This document shows, piece after piece, positions 24,593 to 36,779 of a stretch of DNA of 50,078 nt. How positions within the stretch are numbered: the first letter of the stretch is position 1; each line of letters opens with the position of its first letter. The notes beneath the pieces were generated by a model. It made no database searches. It had not been told where the DNA came from and saw only the letters and a program-made list of their open reading frames with translations. Both the position numbers and the translations under genes were made by a program. Source of the DNA: Girardia tigrina (taxonomy: Eukaryota); assembly GCA_001938485.1 (NCBI GenBank), contig MQRK01245632.1:1-50078 (forward strand), read 5' to 3'.

Positions 24593-25967
24593 TTAGGTTG
24601 GTCGAAAAATAATGGTGGTTTTGGGACACAAACTTCAAAGACGTGCAAATTCACAGAAACAAAAGTTTATTAATCAAAGTATAAACCGTTGGAATCAATA
24701 CATTTTTGCCAACGAGAAACAAATTGTTTTTTTCCATCAGCATAAAATGCATCGGTTCTCGAAGCGATGAATTCTTGGAAGGCATTTTGAGCATCATTTT
24801 GGTTTTTGAAAATTTTTTCACGTAGGAAGTTGTACAAATGCCTGAGAAAGTAGAAGTCCGTTGGCGAGAGGTCTGGTGAATATGGTGGATGAGGCAGGGT
24901 TTCATAGCTCAACTCATTAAGCTTTTGAAGAGTCACTTTTGGAATATGAGGTCTAGCGTTATCATGAAGAAGGATGGGACTTTTTCCATTGACCAATCCC
25001 GGACAAAGGGTTTTCAATTTTTTATGCATTTCATCAATTTCATGACAGTACCTCTCCGCTGNNNNNNNNNNNNNNNNNNNNNNNNNNNNNNNNNNNNNNN
25101 NNNNNNNNNNNCCTGGATTCAAGAAACTATAGTGGATGATTCCAGCATCACACCACCAAACTGTCACCATAACCTTACGGGGTGTTAGTTTCGGTTTTGG
25201 AAAGTGTTTCGGTACTTCATTTTTGTCCAATCACTGTGCAGATTGACGTCGGTTATCATACAGGATCCATTTCTCATCACAGGTAACAATACGATCAAGA
25301 AATGGATCGTTTTTATTGCGAAGATGATTAGCAGAACAAATGTCATAGCGTCGGTTCTTTTGATTTGATCCAAGTTGTTTTAAATGATCCAGGACTGTTG
25401 AATGACTAATGCCAGACCAATCTGCATGTTCTCTGATTTTGTACGGGGATCTGTTTCCACCATTATCCTCAAATTGTCGTTGTTTAAAGCAACTGGACGA
25501 CCACTATCTTCTTCATCTTCAAGGTTTTCATCTCCATCAGAAAATTTTCGGAACCATCGTTGCACTGTGCGCTCAGAAGCTGTTCCCTTGCCAAACGCTT
25601 TATTAATATTGCGAGCCGTTTCTGCTGCTTTACGACCCAGTTTAAATTCGTACAAGAAAATTGCTCGAATTTTACTTTTTTTCCATTATCAATTTAGCAC
25701 CGTAAATATTCTAAAAATAACAGCAATATGTTAATAATGGCTATAGGCATAAGATTGCTCGAATTTTACTTTTTTTCCATTATCAATTTAGCACCGTAAA
25801 TATTCTAAAAATAACAGCAATATGTTAATAATGGCTATAGGAATATACAGCTAGGCATAAGATTTCAAATAATATCTAACACTAATGCATTTAAACTTAT
25901 ATACATATCAAAGTAGATAAACAACGTATAAAGCTCAAAAACCGCCATTATTGTTCGACCAACCTAA
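24593..25967 (-). mobile_element. Second copy of the cecropia-subfamily mariner, inactive
   Basis: Same TIRs as 7365-8650 with TA flanks and high identity. A deletion of about 43 bp near 25368 removes the WV.HDL linker, and a tandem duplication of about 90 bp (25660-25841) covers the start region. Contains an N gap. Confidence 0.95.
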
Positions 25968-26083
25968 TACATCGCTGTTAAATATCGAAATATATATCGA
26001 GTATGTCTTAAGTGTTTGGTTGTCATTTTTTTTACTTTTTTCTTATTTTGTTTAGGATCGATTTGACTATACTTTAAACAAAC

Positions 26084-26226
26084 TAGAGCCGGTTCTGTCA
26101 TGATAATGTGGTTCAAGAACCCATGCCTCCTTTGAGTAAAATAATAGGTTGGTGAAACTCGATTTCCGATATTAATAATTCGTTGTGTACTGCATCTTTT
26201 GTAGAGAGGATTTACGAAAAGATTTT
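26084..26226 (-). pseudogene. Candidate disabled exon resembling a USP8-type rhodanese-like domain
   Basis: Bounded by TGATAG| and |GTTTGT. Reads ILSTKDAVHNELLISEIEFHQPIILLKGGMGS* (compare recalled USP8 SLKDAL...EPLVLEGGYENW), with in-frame stops. Confidence 0.3.
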
Positions 26227-27368
26227 CTATCAAAATAAAACAAATCAAAATGACGTTTTCTTAGGGTTTTGGGGCATTACAATTACAGAGTTTTTCTAAC
26301 GTTTTCTATCTTTGAAATTGCGTATTATAAGTTCCTTTTTATTTTTTAAATGTTGTAAAAAATAGTTTTGAATAATTATTCATTTTAACGACTTAAAACG
26401 TTTTGAATATGATCCCTTCATTCCGGAAAGATTATCATTTATTTTAACAATATCATTAAATTAAAATTGTATTTAATAATATAATAATAAACCTTAATAT
26501 TGAAATTCCAAAAATATAAAATTATTTTAATTTCCTTTGGCTGCATCTTTTAAAAAATTGTTTTTGAGTAAACGAAAATTGAAATTTAATTACAAAAATT
26601 CAGCTGTCAAATGGAAAATTGGTAAAATTGAAATACTGTTTAAATGTGTAATAATTAAAAATTAATATTTTTATAATATAAAGTTAATTTAAATACGAAG
26701 TTAATGGAAATCAATAATTAAAAGAAATTATTATTGTAAAATAAATTTAAATAATTTTCTCAGAATAAATTTTATTAATATTATTATTTTTATTTTATCA
26801 TTAACTATTATATACATAACCTTAGTTACGTCAATTTAATTGTTTTTATTATAAAAAAATTCGAAAAAAATTATACTTCATTCACTAATTTAAAATTCAT
26901 TTATTATTAAAATTTATTATTAAAATTCACCCCTGGTTTAATGTAATATTGACTTCATATTGATGTAATATGGAGAATATATTTTTAATCTCATTTCTGA
27001 ATATTGCTGTGACATTTTTTCGAGATTTTGAAATGAAATGTTGAGCACTTCGAATTGATTTTGTGTGACGATTTTTGATTGTAAAGGAACTTTCTATAAA
27101 ATTGTTTTGACTTAATGAATTGATCTGTGGCTTGATCAGCTAGAGTTTTTTATTCATTTTTATTTGATCGCTCTTGGACGTGACAATCTATGTTTCATCA
27201 AAATGGACTGATGATTAAGCGAATATCGATCTAAATCAAATATATATTTTTTTACAAATTTATTTCTCCGGAATTTTAATTATTTTGCTAACGATCTTTC
27301 CAAAAAAGAAAGACTTGTCTGACCAATATTATAAAATGGACCGAGCACGATCACGAAATACTCAAATA

Positions 27369-28677
27369 TTAGGTTCAGGAATAAGTTCCCGCCGTTTTTT
27401 GAATTTTTAATCAATTTTTAATCAATTTAATATTTAAATCAAATTTTTTGATGTAATGTTATATGTTATTTGAAAGCTATTGTTTTATTTTAAAAAAATG
27501 GTGTATTTTGTTTTTTTTATTCAGATTAATTTTTGTCCTTTTTTAGACCTTTGAAATGGAGTGTCAAGTCTACAAAAATGAGCATTTCCGACACCATCTA
27601 TTGTTTGCGTATAATCGAGGCGCCAAAGCCGCAGACGCTGCCCGAGAGATTTGTGATGTATACGGAGAAGGTGCTATAGCTGATAGAACCGCTCGTGATT
27701 GGTTCGCAAAATTTAAAATTGGTAATTTTGACTTCGAGGATGCACCTCGTCCAGGACGACCAAATGAATTCGATGAAGAGCGTTGGAACAAACTTTTGCA
27801 TGAAGACGCGCGTCAAACCACTCGAGAATTGGTGGAACAAATGGATTGTGATCAAAAAACTGTCGTGAACCACCTGAAATCAATGGGAAAAGTTCAAAAA
27901 ATGGGAGCTTGGGTTCCACATCTTTTGACCGGAAACAACAAAAACCAGCGATCCACAATTTCGGCGAGTTTGCTTGCCCGTCATCGCTCTACTCACGGTC
28001 ATAAGCAACAATTTCTTTATCGAATTGTAACGGGTGATGAAAAATGGTGCCTGTACGTCAACATGAAACAGCGCAAAGAATGGCGTAGCCGAGAAGAACA
28101 ATCGACACCGCGAGCAAAACAGGATCTTCATCCACGAAAGACAATGCTATGCGTTTCGTGGGATTGGGTAGGGATTATTCATTATGAATTGCTTCCTCGA
28201 AACCAAACAGTGAACGCAGAACTTTATGTTCAACAGCTGCATAGACTCAACGCCGCTATAAGACAAAAACATCCAGATCGACAATATGGCGTTATTTTGC
28301 AACACGACAATGCACGTCCTCATATTGCCAGAATGACAAAAGAAGCCATTCAAACGCTTGGTTGGGAAGTGTTACCGCACCCTCCGTATTCACCTGACTT
28401 GGTGCAATCTGATTTTCATCTTTTCTGTTCGCTTTCTAACGCTTTGCGTGGTGTTTCGTTCAACAATGACGGAGAACTGCAAGTTTGGTTTGCAGAATTC
28501 TTCGAGTCAAGACCGGGCGATTTCTACCAAAGAGGCATTGAAAAACTCGTTGAACGTTGGGAACAAGTCGTGAACAATTGCGGAGATTATATTTGTGATT
28601 AATTTGTAGTAACTTTTTTGTTAAAAAATAAAATTTTAATTTTTCAAAAAACTGCGGGAACTTATTCTTCAACCCAA
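27369..28677 (+). mobile_element. Full-length mariner transposon with intact ORF
   Basis: Left TIR TTAGGTTCAGGAATAAGTTCCCGCCGTTTTTTGAA versus right TIR (reverse complement) TTGGGTTGAAGAATAAGTTCCCGCAGTTTTTTGAA, 4 mismatches. TA on both sides; 1309 bp. Confidence 0.95.
27556..28602 (+). CDS. Mariner D,D34D transposase, 348 aa
   Basis: N-terminal HTH region, GRP, WVPHLL, VTGDEKW, HDNARPH and YSPDLVQSD, with exactly 34 residues between the 2nd and 3rd Asp. Confidence 0.95.
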   Translation: MECQVYKNEHFRHHLLFAYNRGAKAADAAREICDVYGEGAIADRTARDWFAKFKIGNFDFEDAPRPGRPNEFDEERWNKLLHEDARQTTRELVEQMDCDQKTVVNHLKSMGKVQKMGAWVPHLLTGNNKNQRSTISASLLARHRSTHGHKQQFLYRIVTGDEKWCLYVNMKQRKEWRSREEQSTPRAKQDLHPRKTMLCVSWDWVGIIHYELLPRNQTVNAELYVQQLHRLNAAIRQKHPDRQYGVILQHDNARPHIARMTKEAIQTLGWEVLPHPPYSPDLVQSDFHLFCSLSNALRGVSFNNDGELQVWFAEFFESRPGDFYQRGIEKLVERWEQVVNNCGDYICD

Positions 28678-30581
28678 TAACAACACAATTGCGTCTGCTA
28701 CCACCGGTCAGTCTCTGTGGAAATAAGGAAAGTGCTTCAAAAATGACTATTTCAAATATGAATATCCGATCACCAAAGGTTTAAATATTTTCGAAAAGAT
28801 TAACACTTGTTTGGTTTAAAATTTTTATATTAAATTTCTTTATTAAAGAATATTTATATGTATAATTATATATCATGATAATTATAGTTCATGATAATTG
28901 GAGCGGAAAATTAGATAATTGACCGAACATTTTGCTAGTTTGGGAAAGAATATATAATGTAAATAAATTAGATAAATAATAAGTTTAATTGGATTAAACA
29001 ATTAAATAAAATTTTTTAAAAAAATAATTAAATTTAAGTTATAAAATTAAGTTATAAATTTAAAAAAAAACTCTGTGTTAAGTTCGTTTTTAAAAACGAA
29101 CCAAGTTCATTGTTTGGAAAGGATGATTCATCAAGTCACGTATTCAAACTTTTGAATGGTGTGATAAGCCGAACAGTTTGTTCGGTGTGTGCCGGATTAT
29201 TATTATCGATGTGTGTGCTATAAATACGAATGTATTTGAGTGAATTGTGAATGCATGTGTGCTTGATTGCATCTAATGTGATTTGTTTTTAAATGTGATT
29301 GGAGAAGGCGTGTATGTGTGTGTTAAATTGTGTTTGTATGTGAACGGCTTTTTCACAATAACAAAAAAAATAAATCAATGTTCAATTTTTGTCAGTTAAC
29401 TATTTAATCTTTCTAACAAAAAATGTGTTTAAAATAATAAATTGTGGAGTAAAAAAATGAAATTTGAACTAAATAAATTGAGTAATAAATGAATTTGGAT
29501 CACGATTGAGTCATATATTATATCAAATTAGTTTTTTTCTTAATTAATTAAATTTAACGACCGAAAAACGATTTCCCGATGAATCAAACGAACGAAGAAG
29601 AGAAAAAAACAATGTTACTTTCCTATTACGAATAAATTTCCCAATATGAAAGCACATGTCATAAATGAAGCGGTCGATAAATTCGAATGCGCTTACGATA
29701 AAATCGAGGAAAACCTTTAAATGTGTTCAGAAACTTCATCATCTGCTAAGAAAAATTATTGTGATAGCACATTTTATTTTGGCTCGTTGAACAGTGATTT
29801 TCACGAGTCCAATCCTAACAGTCTTTCTTTACTTAAAATTCCATACAGAAATTCGAGTGAACATGGCATAAAAACCATCATCAATGGCCTAAAAGAAAAG
29901 CTGAATTTCCTTCTGATTCTCAATTGAATGTGGAGGCACGGTTTCCGTAACGATAAAGTTATTTAATAATTAAATAATTATTATCTAATTTGGATTGAAT
30001 TATTTGACAAATATTATTTTGTCTTAAAATGTTGATTAATTCACTTCTACCGTCATAGTGATCGTCAATGAATGGTACTTTAGTGTTGTTCAGGAGTAAG
30101 TTCAATATAAAAAAATAAATGTTGAAAGAGAGGCTTAAAGACAGAGTAGAATATAATAAACTTCATAAAAGAAAAATATGTATTAATTAGTGGATTCATT
30201 AACTACAATGATCTACTCTGAGTAATAAATAAGTTGATAACAGTGAATTATTAAATTGAAAAAAAATATATTATTCGTAATGAAATATAATTAAATATAA
30301 AATTTATTTTTTACTTTACTTTAAATTTTACATTTTCAGTATAGATTATGAAATTTTTTATTCACAAAAATTAATATGACTAAAAGCATTTTAAAAAAAT
30401 AATTTGTAAACATCTAATATATAACAATAATCTTCTTTACATTTGCTTCTAAATTTGATACTTTATACATACTTTAGAATTAATTTTAGACGTAGATTGT
30501 TCAGGAATATTTTCTCTTTAAATATTTAATAAAAATATTGAATTAAATTTTTGTTTTTGTTTGAGGTTTTTGTTTATATAA

Positions 30582-30585
<4 letters not shown>

Positions 30586-30627
<42 letters not shown>
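30586..30627. repeat. (TA)n microsatellite
   Basis: Direct reading. Confidence 0.95.
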
Positions 30628-30631
<4 letters not shown>

Positions 30632-31452
30632 TTTTATAATTATAATTTTAATTATTAATACAACTTTAAAGATAAATTACATACCATTGATATATCAGTT
30701 AAAAGTTAAATTTTCAACATGTTTTTTCAGACAATTAGAAAAAAAGGGTAGTCCCGTCATCAAATATTAATATTTAGACCCGAAAGACCCGACGGTGGTA
30801 GCATAGACGCTCTGTATTTTTATTAAAAGGAGATCGGGAATCGATGTTCTGGACCTATTAAGATAAACTTTTTTCCCGAAGGAGATAATCATTTTTATTT
30901 TTTAGTTAAAAATATATATTCGAATTTTAAGTTAGCAATTTGAGACAATAAAAGAAACTTTATTCGAGATATTTGTAATCAAATTCAAATGAAAAAGGAG
31001 GAAACGATAATACACAAAAATTTTAAAAATCCTTAGATGAAAACAACTAATTGACAAAATTCAGAAATCGAGAAATTAATTTTGTTCGCTCGTCAATATC
31101 AGGAATTGAGCAATAAAACAGTGAAACAAAATTTTTCACTTTACCAATATTAAGAACACCAACATGGGTTTTCGAACTTTTATTCTCATTACAATCAGAA
31201 TTGTCTTTTGGACAGCAAACTCTCAGCAAAACTCTCGTAATTCGACATCGTTCTAAATTGATAACTTTTAGTTAATGTTTTTTAATAAACAATTATTCGA
31301 ACAAATTTTTCATTATTTTCAGATTTTATTTTTAAAGATCAAATTTTGTAATTTTAGTAATAATTTTATTTACATATTAATTTTATTTAAAAAATAATTT
31401 TATGTAAAGAAAGAACATTTATTTAATCCAAAACTTAGTAGAAAGCTATTTA

Positions 31453-32345
31453 TTGGGTTTGCCAAAAAGTCATTGCGTTTTTACTAAAATATTTATTATC
31501 AAAAAAATGACATGGATGCACAAATATTTTTACATGATATATAGTCCATTATTTTCAATCAGTTTCTTCCAACCTTTCCGGTAGCTTCATTATTCCTGAT
31601 TCATAAAAACCTTTGCCTTTGGCAGTAAAAAAGCCGTCTAGGAACGATTTGACGTCATCATCACTGGAGAATGTTTTTTCTGTTTAAGGAATTCTGCAGT
31701 GATCTAAATAAGTGAAAATCTGATGGGGCCAAGTCTGGAGAATATGGTGGGTGCGGCAAAACCACCCAACCCAGTGATTAGAGTTTCTGGCGAGTGGTAA
31801 AACTTGTATGCGGTCTATCATAATATCACAATTGTGATAGACCATATCGAGTTTACTGACGAATACAAGTTTCTTTAAATGACTTCCAACTTTTGATTTG
31901 ATCTCTTGTCATCATATGTGGATTAGATTTGATCATTGCTGTTATTGTGTCGCCATCAACTTCAACTGGTCGACCGGAGCGTGGAGCATCATTCAGATGA
32001 AATTTTTCAGAACGAAATTTAGAAAACCAGTATTGACACTGTCGAAGTTTTATTGAATCACTACCATATACAAAACATATATTCTTATGAGCTTGCACGG
32101 CGGTTTTCCTTTTGCGAAAATAATGAAACAAAACATGACAAATATACTCATTTTGATTTTCTATTTCGAATTGACGGTAAAGTAATAAATTAAAACTAAA
32201 TCAATTAATATTTTGTATAAACATTATCTGAAAATTAAGGTTTCAGAATAAATAATTGAATTTAAATTTTATCACATCGTTTTATATTTTCTAACTTTTT
32301 TATTAGGACGTACTCAAAAACGCAATGACTTTTTGGCCAACCCAA
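31453..32345 (-). mobile_element. Internally deleted mariner (mellifera-like)
   Basis: TIR TTGGGTT(T/G)GCCAAAAAGTCATTGCGTTTTT at both ends with TA flanks. The N-terminus (DAPRSGRP) is joined to the C-terminus ([18 protein letters not shown]) and the middle is missing; 893 bp. Confidence 0.92.
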
Positions 32346-32439
32346 TACTTTATTTAAATTTTTAATATGAAAATTTGAAACGATTTAATATTTTTAAAGT
32401 TTTTTTTAATATGCTGTACTTTAAAATGCAAATTATTCT

Positions 32440-32600
32440 CGAATAATCATTTATCGTGAACATCCAAATTATCAATTTTCCATCTGGGTGGGAGAAACAC
32501 ATTTCCAAATACTCAACTCAACATACAAAATTCAACAAACCAATTTTAACATACCAAATTCAAAATGTTCCTCACAACCCACAAACTCATTCTGAATGGC
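32440..32600 (-). repeat. PLE 3'-UTR/pLTR-like repeat
   Basis: CAATTTTCCATCTGGGTGGGAGAA and TGTTCCTCACAA match the reverse complement of 15033-15140. Confidence 0.6.
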
Positions 32601-33226
32601 TATTTTATTAATTCTCTATCTCCTGTCAGACTATTTAACATATCGGCACAAACTCGAGGGTGTCACTAACACTCCCTCGAAAAGTAATCGTGACTAAATG
32701 AGTCAAACTAAGGCTTTGTTAATTTCAAAATGAACGACATTTATTTAAATTTCAAACGTTATTTTTATCCTTTTAATTAGGTTAGGGAGAAAGAGAAGCG
32801 AAACACAACAAATAAATTATCATAGATTGTCATTCAAAATGTTGATTTGAATTTTGTCTTGATGAGGATTGGGATGAAGGATTCGAATTTTAATTTAAAT
32901 ATTAATAGTGATAAAAGCATGTAAAAAGATAATTTAAATTCCGAACAATATTAATTTTTAGTAAATATAAAATTATTCAACAGCCGCTTAGAAGCTGGAG
33001 CGCCTATAAGTGTAACTGGAGATACAAAGATATAGGAATTTGTAATAAGTCACAATTATCTTAACACCGCATATCAAATGAATTAAATGTGAGTGTTACA
33101 TCTGTAAACAGAATGAGGAAGAGCATAAAATATCATTCATATAAATATGAAAGGCTTTAAACAATGCAGATGAAGACAGACTATTGATGTGCTAAATAAA
33201 TAATACGACATTAACACACACACACA

Positions 33227-33230
<4 letters not shown>

Positions 33231-33279
<49 letters not shown>
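33231..33279. repeat. (TA)n microsatellite preceded by (CA)n
   Basis: Direct reading. Confidence 0.95.
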
Positions 33280-33286
<7 letters not shown>

Positions 33287-33799
33287 AACATTTGCCTAGG
33301 ATTGACATTGATAGAAACATTTATATAATGAATAGACAAATATAAAAAAAATCATATTTTAAAATAATAATTAAGTAGAAAAGTAACTTTTATATCATCA
33401 TGTATACGTTAAGAATACCAACATTATTTCCAATACTTTTATTGACATCATAACTCGAATTGCATCCAGGAAATGTTTCACAAAACCTTTGTAGTTAGAA
33501 ATCATTTTTGATTGATAGATTAAAATTTTATTTCTAAACCTCTAATTATTCAAACACATGTAAATTACAATTCTTTACTGAAATATTTTAAAATTATTTT
33601 CAAAAATATTTTAATTCATTTTTAATACATTATCTATGATTAAATAAATGTTTACGTTGCAATCCACTTTTAAAATATTTTAAATCATTTTCAAATAGAT
33701 TTTAAATAGATTTTCAATTTTTTGATTAAAATATTATATATTTATTGAGTAAAATGTATTAATATCATTTCAAAGTTGTTATTTCCATTTTCAAATTTT

Positions 33800-33926
33800 C
33801 CGAATAATGCGATGGTTCAAAACATTCAAAATATCAATTTTCCATCACGGTAGAGAAATACAATCCTAAAACAACATACGCAACACGACATACAATAAAC
33901 ACCATTGGAAAATATTCCTGACAATG
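33800..33926 (-). repeat. Diverged copy of the PLE 3'-UTR-like repeat
   Basis: ATCAATTTTCCATCACGGTAGAGAAA and AAAATATTCCTGACAAT parallel the copies at 32470 and 15033. Confidence 0.5.
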
Positions 33927-34734
33927 TACAAAACATATTATATTCAACATTTAGTTTCAAAAAAAATTTGATTATTTATTTATAATTGTATTTTAAAATA
34001 TTTTTTCGATATTAATTTCATCGTTACTCATTTAAAAAACTTCTTTTTTTTTAAATTTTCTTATTTTTGGAAATTGATATTTCAAACTTTCATTTTCCTT
34101 TTTTCTTTTTAATTTACATTATTAAATATAAATTTATTTTATTAATGAACATTAAATACTATTTGAAACGAATAAATCATTTCATTATCTTTATTTCCTT
34201 TTGTTGTCTTTACTCAGTCTAATTTTATTCTCATTAATTAGAAATAATTATTGAGATTTTTTTATTATTTTACATTAGTCTTCGAGTTATTATTTTGTTA
34301 TTTTTTGCTAACATGACTGGCAAATTTTCTGAACATTTTTACAGTTTCAATACGTTTTTGAAATTTTTTATTCATCTATTTAAATGGGACACTTTAATTG
34401 AAAATAATTACTAATCCTTTACTAATTTCTCTCAAGAAATGAATTTTAACATTTACTTTAAAATAATGCCATAAAATTACTTTTAAATTAAAATTTAATG
34501 TTTAACAATTGCAAATATTGAAAATATAGAAAAGAAATAGATATTTAGCTATTTGACTGAATCTGCTACAATATTAAAATTAATTATTTTATAACGTGGT
34601 ACAATGAAAATTTCTGTTTTTAATATAAACTTTTTTAAAACTTTAGTCTACGTCTCCTTCCAAGTTAACTGTAAAATTGAAATAGAATATGTAGAACATA
34701 TGTAGAATATAGAACTATTTATCATCAGCCAAAA

Positions 34735-35060
34735 GAAACTAGTAAATCAAAAAATTAAATTTTTTCTATCCATTCTTTATGCGGACAGAACTCTACTTTG
34801 CCAACAAAGTTTTTAAAAGTTAAAAAATTTTAATTACAAAACACATTAGAAATTAAGATAAACTACTTATAATTTATAAGTAGATATATTACAATTAATA
34901 TTGTTCGGAAACTCCGAATTATCCGTTTTTTTACCATTCTGGGATCATAAAAAGTTTTTTTCGATCAAATTTTTACATAATCATTTATTGTCATCGAGTA
35001 AAAAGCCTTCAAAAACAGGTTTCCATGGATACAAATATATATACATATATATACATAAAT
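34735..35060 (-). repeat. Helentron/HINE-like dispersed repeat, copy 3
   Basis: GAAACTAGTAAATCAAAAAA, CAGAACTCTA, the hairpin CTACTTATAATTTATAAGTAG, GAGTAAAA.GC.TTCAAAAA and a TACA-like microsatellite, as in copy 2. Confidence 0.7.
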
Positions 35061-36779
35061 AATTGATCAAAAGTAAGTATTTTCTGCTTCAGTATTTTAT
35101 AAAATTTTAATGGAAAATAAAATTATTAAAAAAATTAATATTTTTCTTTTTAAATTTTATAATTGCATAAAAAATCCAGAGGAAAATTGATACTCTCAAT
35201 AATGCTTAATATTATCTAAATATTCAAAACAGTAAAGAAAACATAGAAATTACATAAAATATTTATATTGATAAAATATTTTTAATTTTTTTATAAAAAA
35301 ATTGTATAACATTATTTTAATAATAATTATAAAAATATAAATTGTTTGAAATTTAAAATTTTTTCACTAAATTATTTCTTTCTTGTGAAAAAAATAAAAA
35401 AATAAATCGAATAAATATTAAATTTTCTTTCGGTTATTTATGATAAAATTTTCATAATTTATAATTTTGGCTTTTAAAGTTTATATTTTTATTTTTTTTA
35501 TTAAAATTTACTATTAAAATAAAAAAAATATTTAAATTTATGAGTGTTAATATTTTTATAACATTAAATATTCAGTTTATAAAAATAATGTCAATGATAT
35601 TTTTAGTAAAATAATTTTTTGCAACAGATTTTAATTTTATTTATTTTTTTAGTGAAATAAAAAATTAAAAATTAATGTAATAGTTTCTGGAATTTTTTTC
35701 CAATCTTTTATATTTCAGTTAGACTTTATTATTTTAAATTCTAGTTTTTTTGGACGAAAGTTTTTTTTCTATATATGTTATATCCTGTAATATAAAATTA
35801 ATTTGCATCTTTTATTTTGTTTTATTTTTTTAATAATTTTTATTTTTAACATAATTTTTTACTTAATAAAGCCATTCAAAATATATTAATATATTGTTCA
35901 TTTAGTAATTTATATTCATTTATGTACATGCATGTTACGGGTCTGGTCTATATATTTAAAAAATTTTATATTTTTATCTCGAAAAGATCATATAAAATTA
36001 TGAAATTATTTGATTTATAATATAATATAATTTTGTATATTATATTTTAATATATAAATTTTTCTTAATATTTTTTATAGAAAAAAATCTTGTAAAATTG
36101 TGTATGATTAGACCAATGAAAGTTTTTTTTAACCGAAGAATGAAATAATTTAAACAACTTATGTTTTTTAGACATTTCATTTTTTTAGATCATGGAATAA
36201 ATTAAATTTTTGAAAACAATAAATACAATATGACCATAACGACGAAGAATTTTTGTCAGCAAAAATATAATTTTATCACAAAAAAAGAGTGTTTGTAGAG
36301 TATCGCGCTCAGCGTCGTTGTGGTATTCCACCTTCTTGGTTGTTTACCTCTCAGAAAAAAAGGATTAAGTAATAACTTTCTCCTCTTCTTACCTACTTAC
36401 TCTGGAAAAATTGGTAAATTAGCCTCCGACATTCATCGTGAGATCACTCTGATACATGATTTCATACAGTTTTATTTAAATGAGGATATCATTTCAGCTC
36501 AGAAGTTCATTTTTGATGTGGGCCTTAATCAAGTATTCACTGAATACCAGTCACCCGTCGCTAAATAATTTTACAAAAATTGTCTTCAACAAACAGTGAT
36601 TAAGTTTACCATGAACTAATTCTTCAGAGTTATAGACATAAAGATAAAAATTACAAACAGATAGTACGAAATGTCAAAAAAAAATTTTAATTAAAAGTGT
36701 TCTAAAATTTTCACACCATTGTTAATAAGCTCAAACAATTATTATATTTCCTAATTAATTATAAAAATGAAATAAAATA

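Noticed and set aside
29155-29195. UGAUAA plus a CCGAACA/UGUUCGG hairpin in a GT-rich PLE-like tail
   Set aside because: The hairpin is real but the core C and GAAA are absent.
8800-29927. Alternative genetic code (TAA/TAG read as Gln) suggested by frames continuing through stops at about 9030, 9150 and 29718
   Set aside because: Mariner ORFs end at TAA in the normal position, TGA stops and frameshifts are equally common, and C-to-T decay in AT-rich DNA explains the pattern.
30785-30856. tRNA or tRNA-SINE-like segment with weak A/B boxes
   Set aside because: The boxes are degenerate and I could not fold a cloverleaf.
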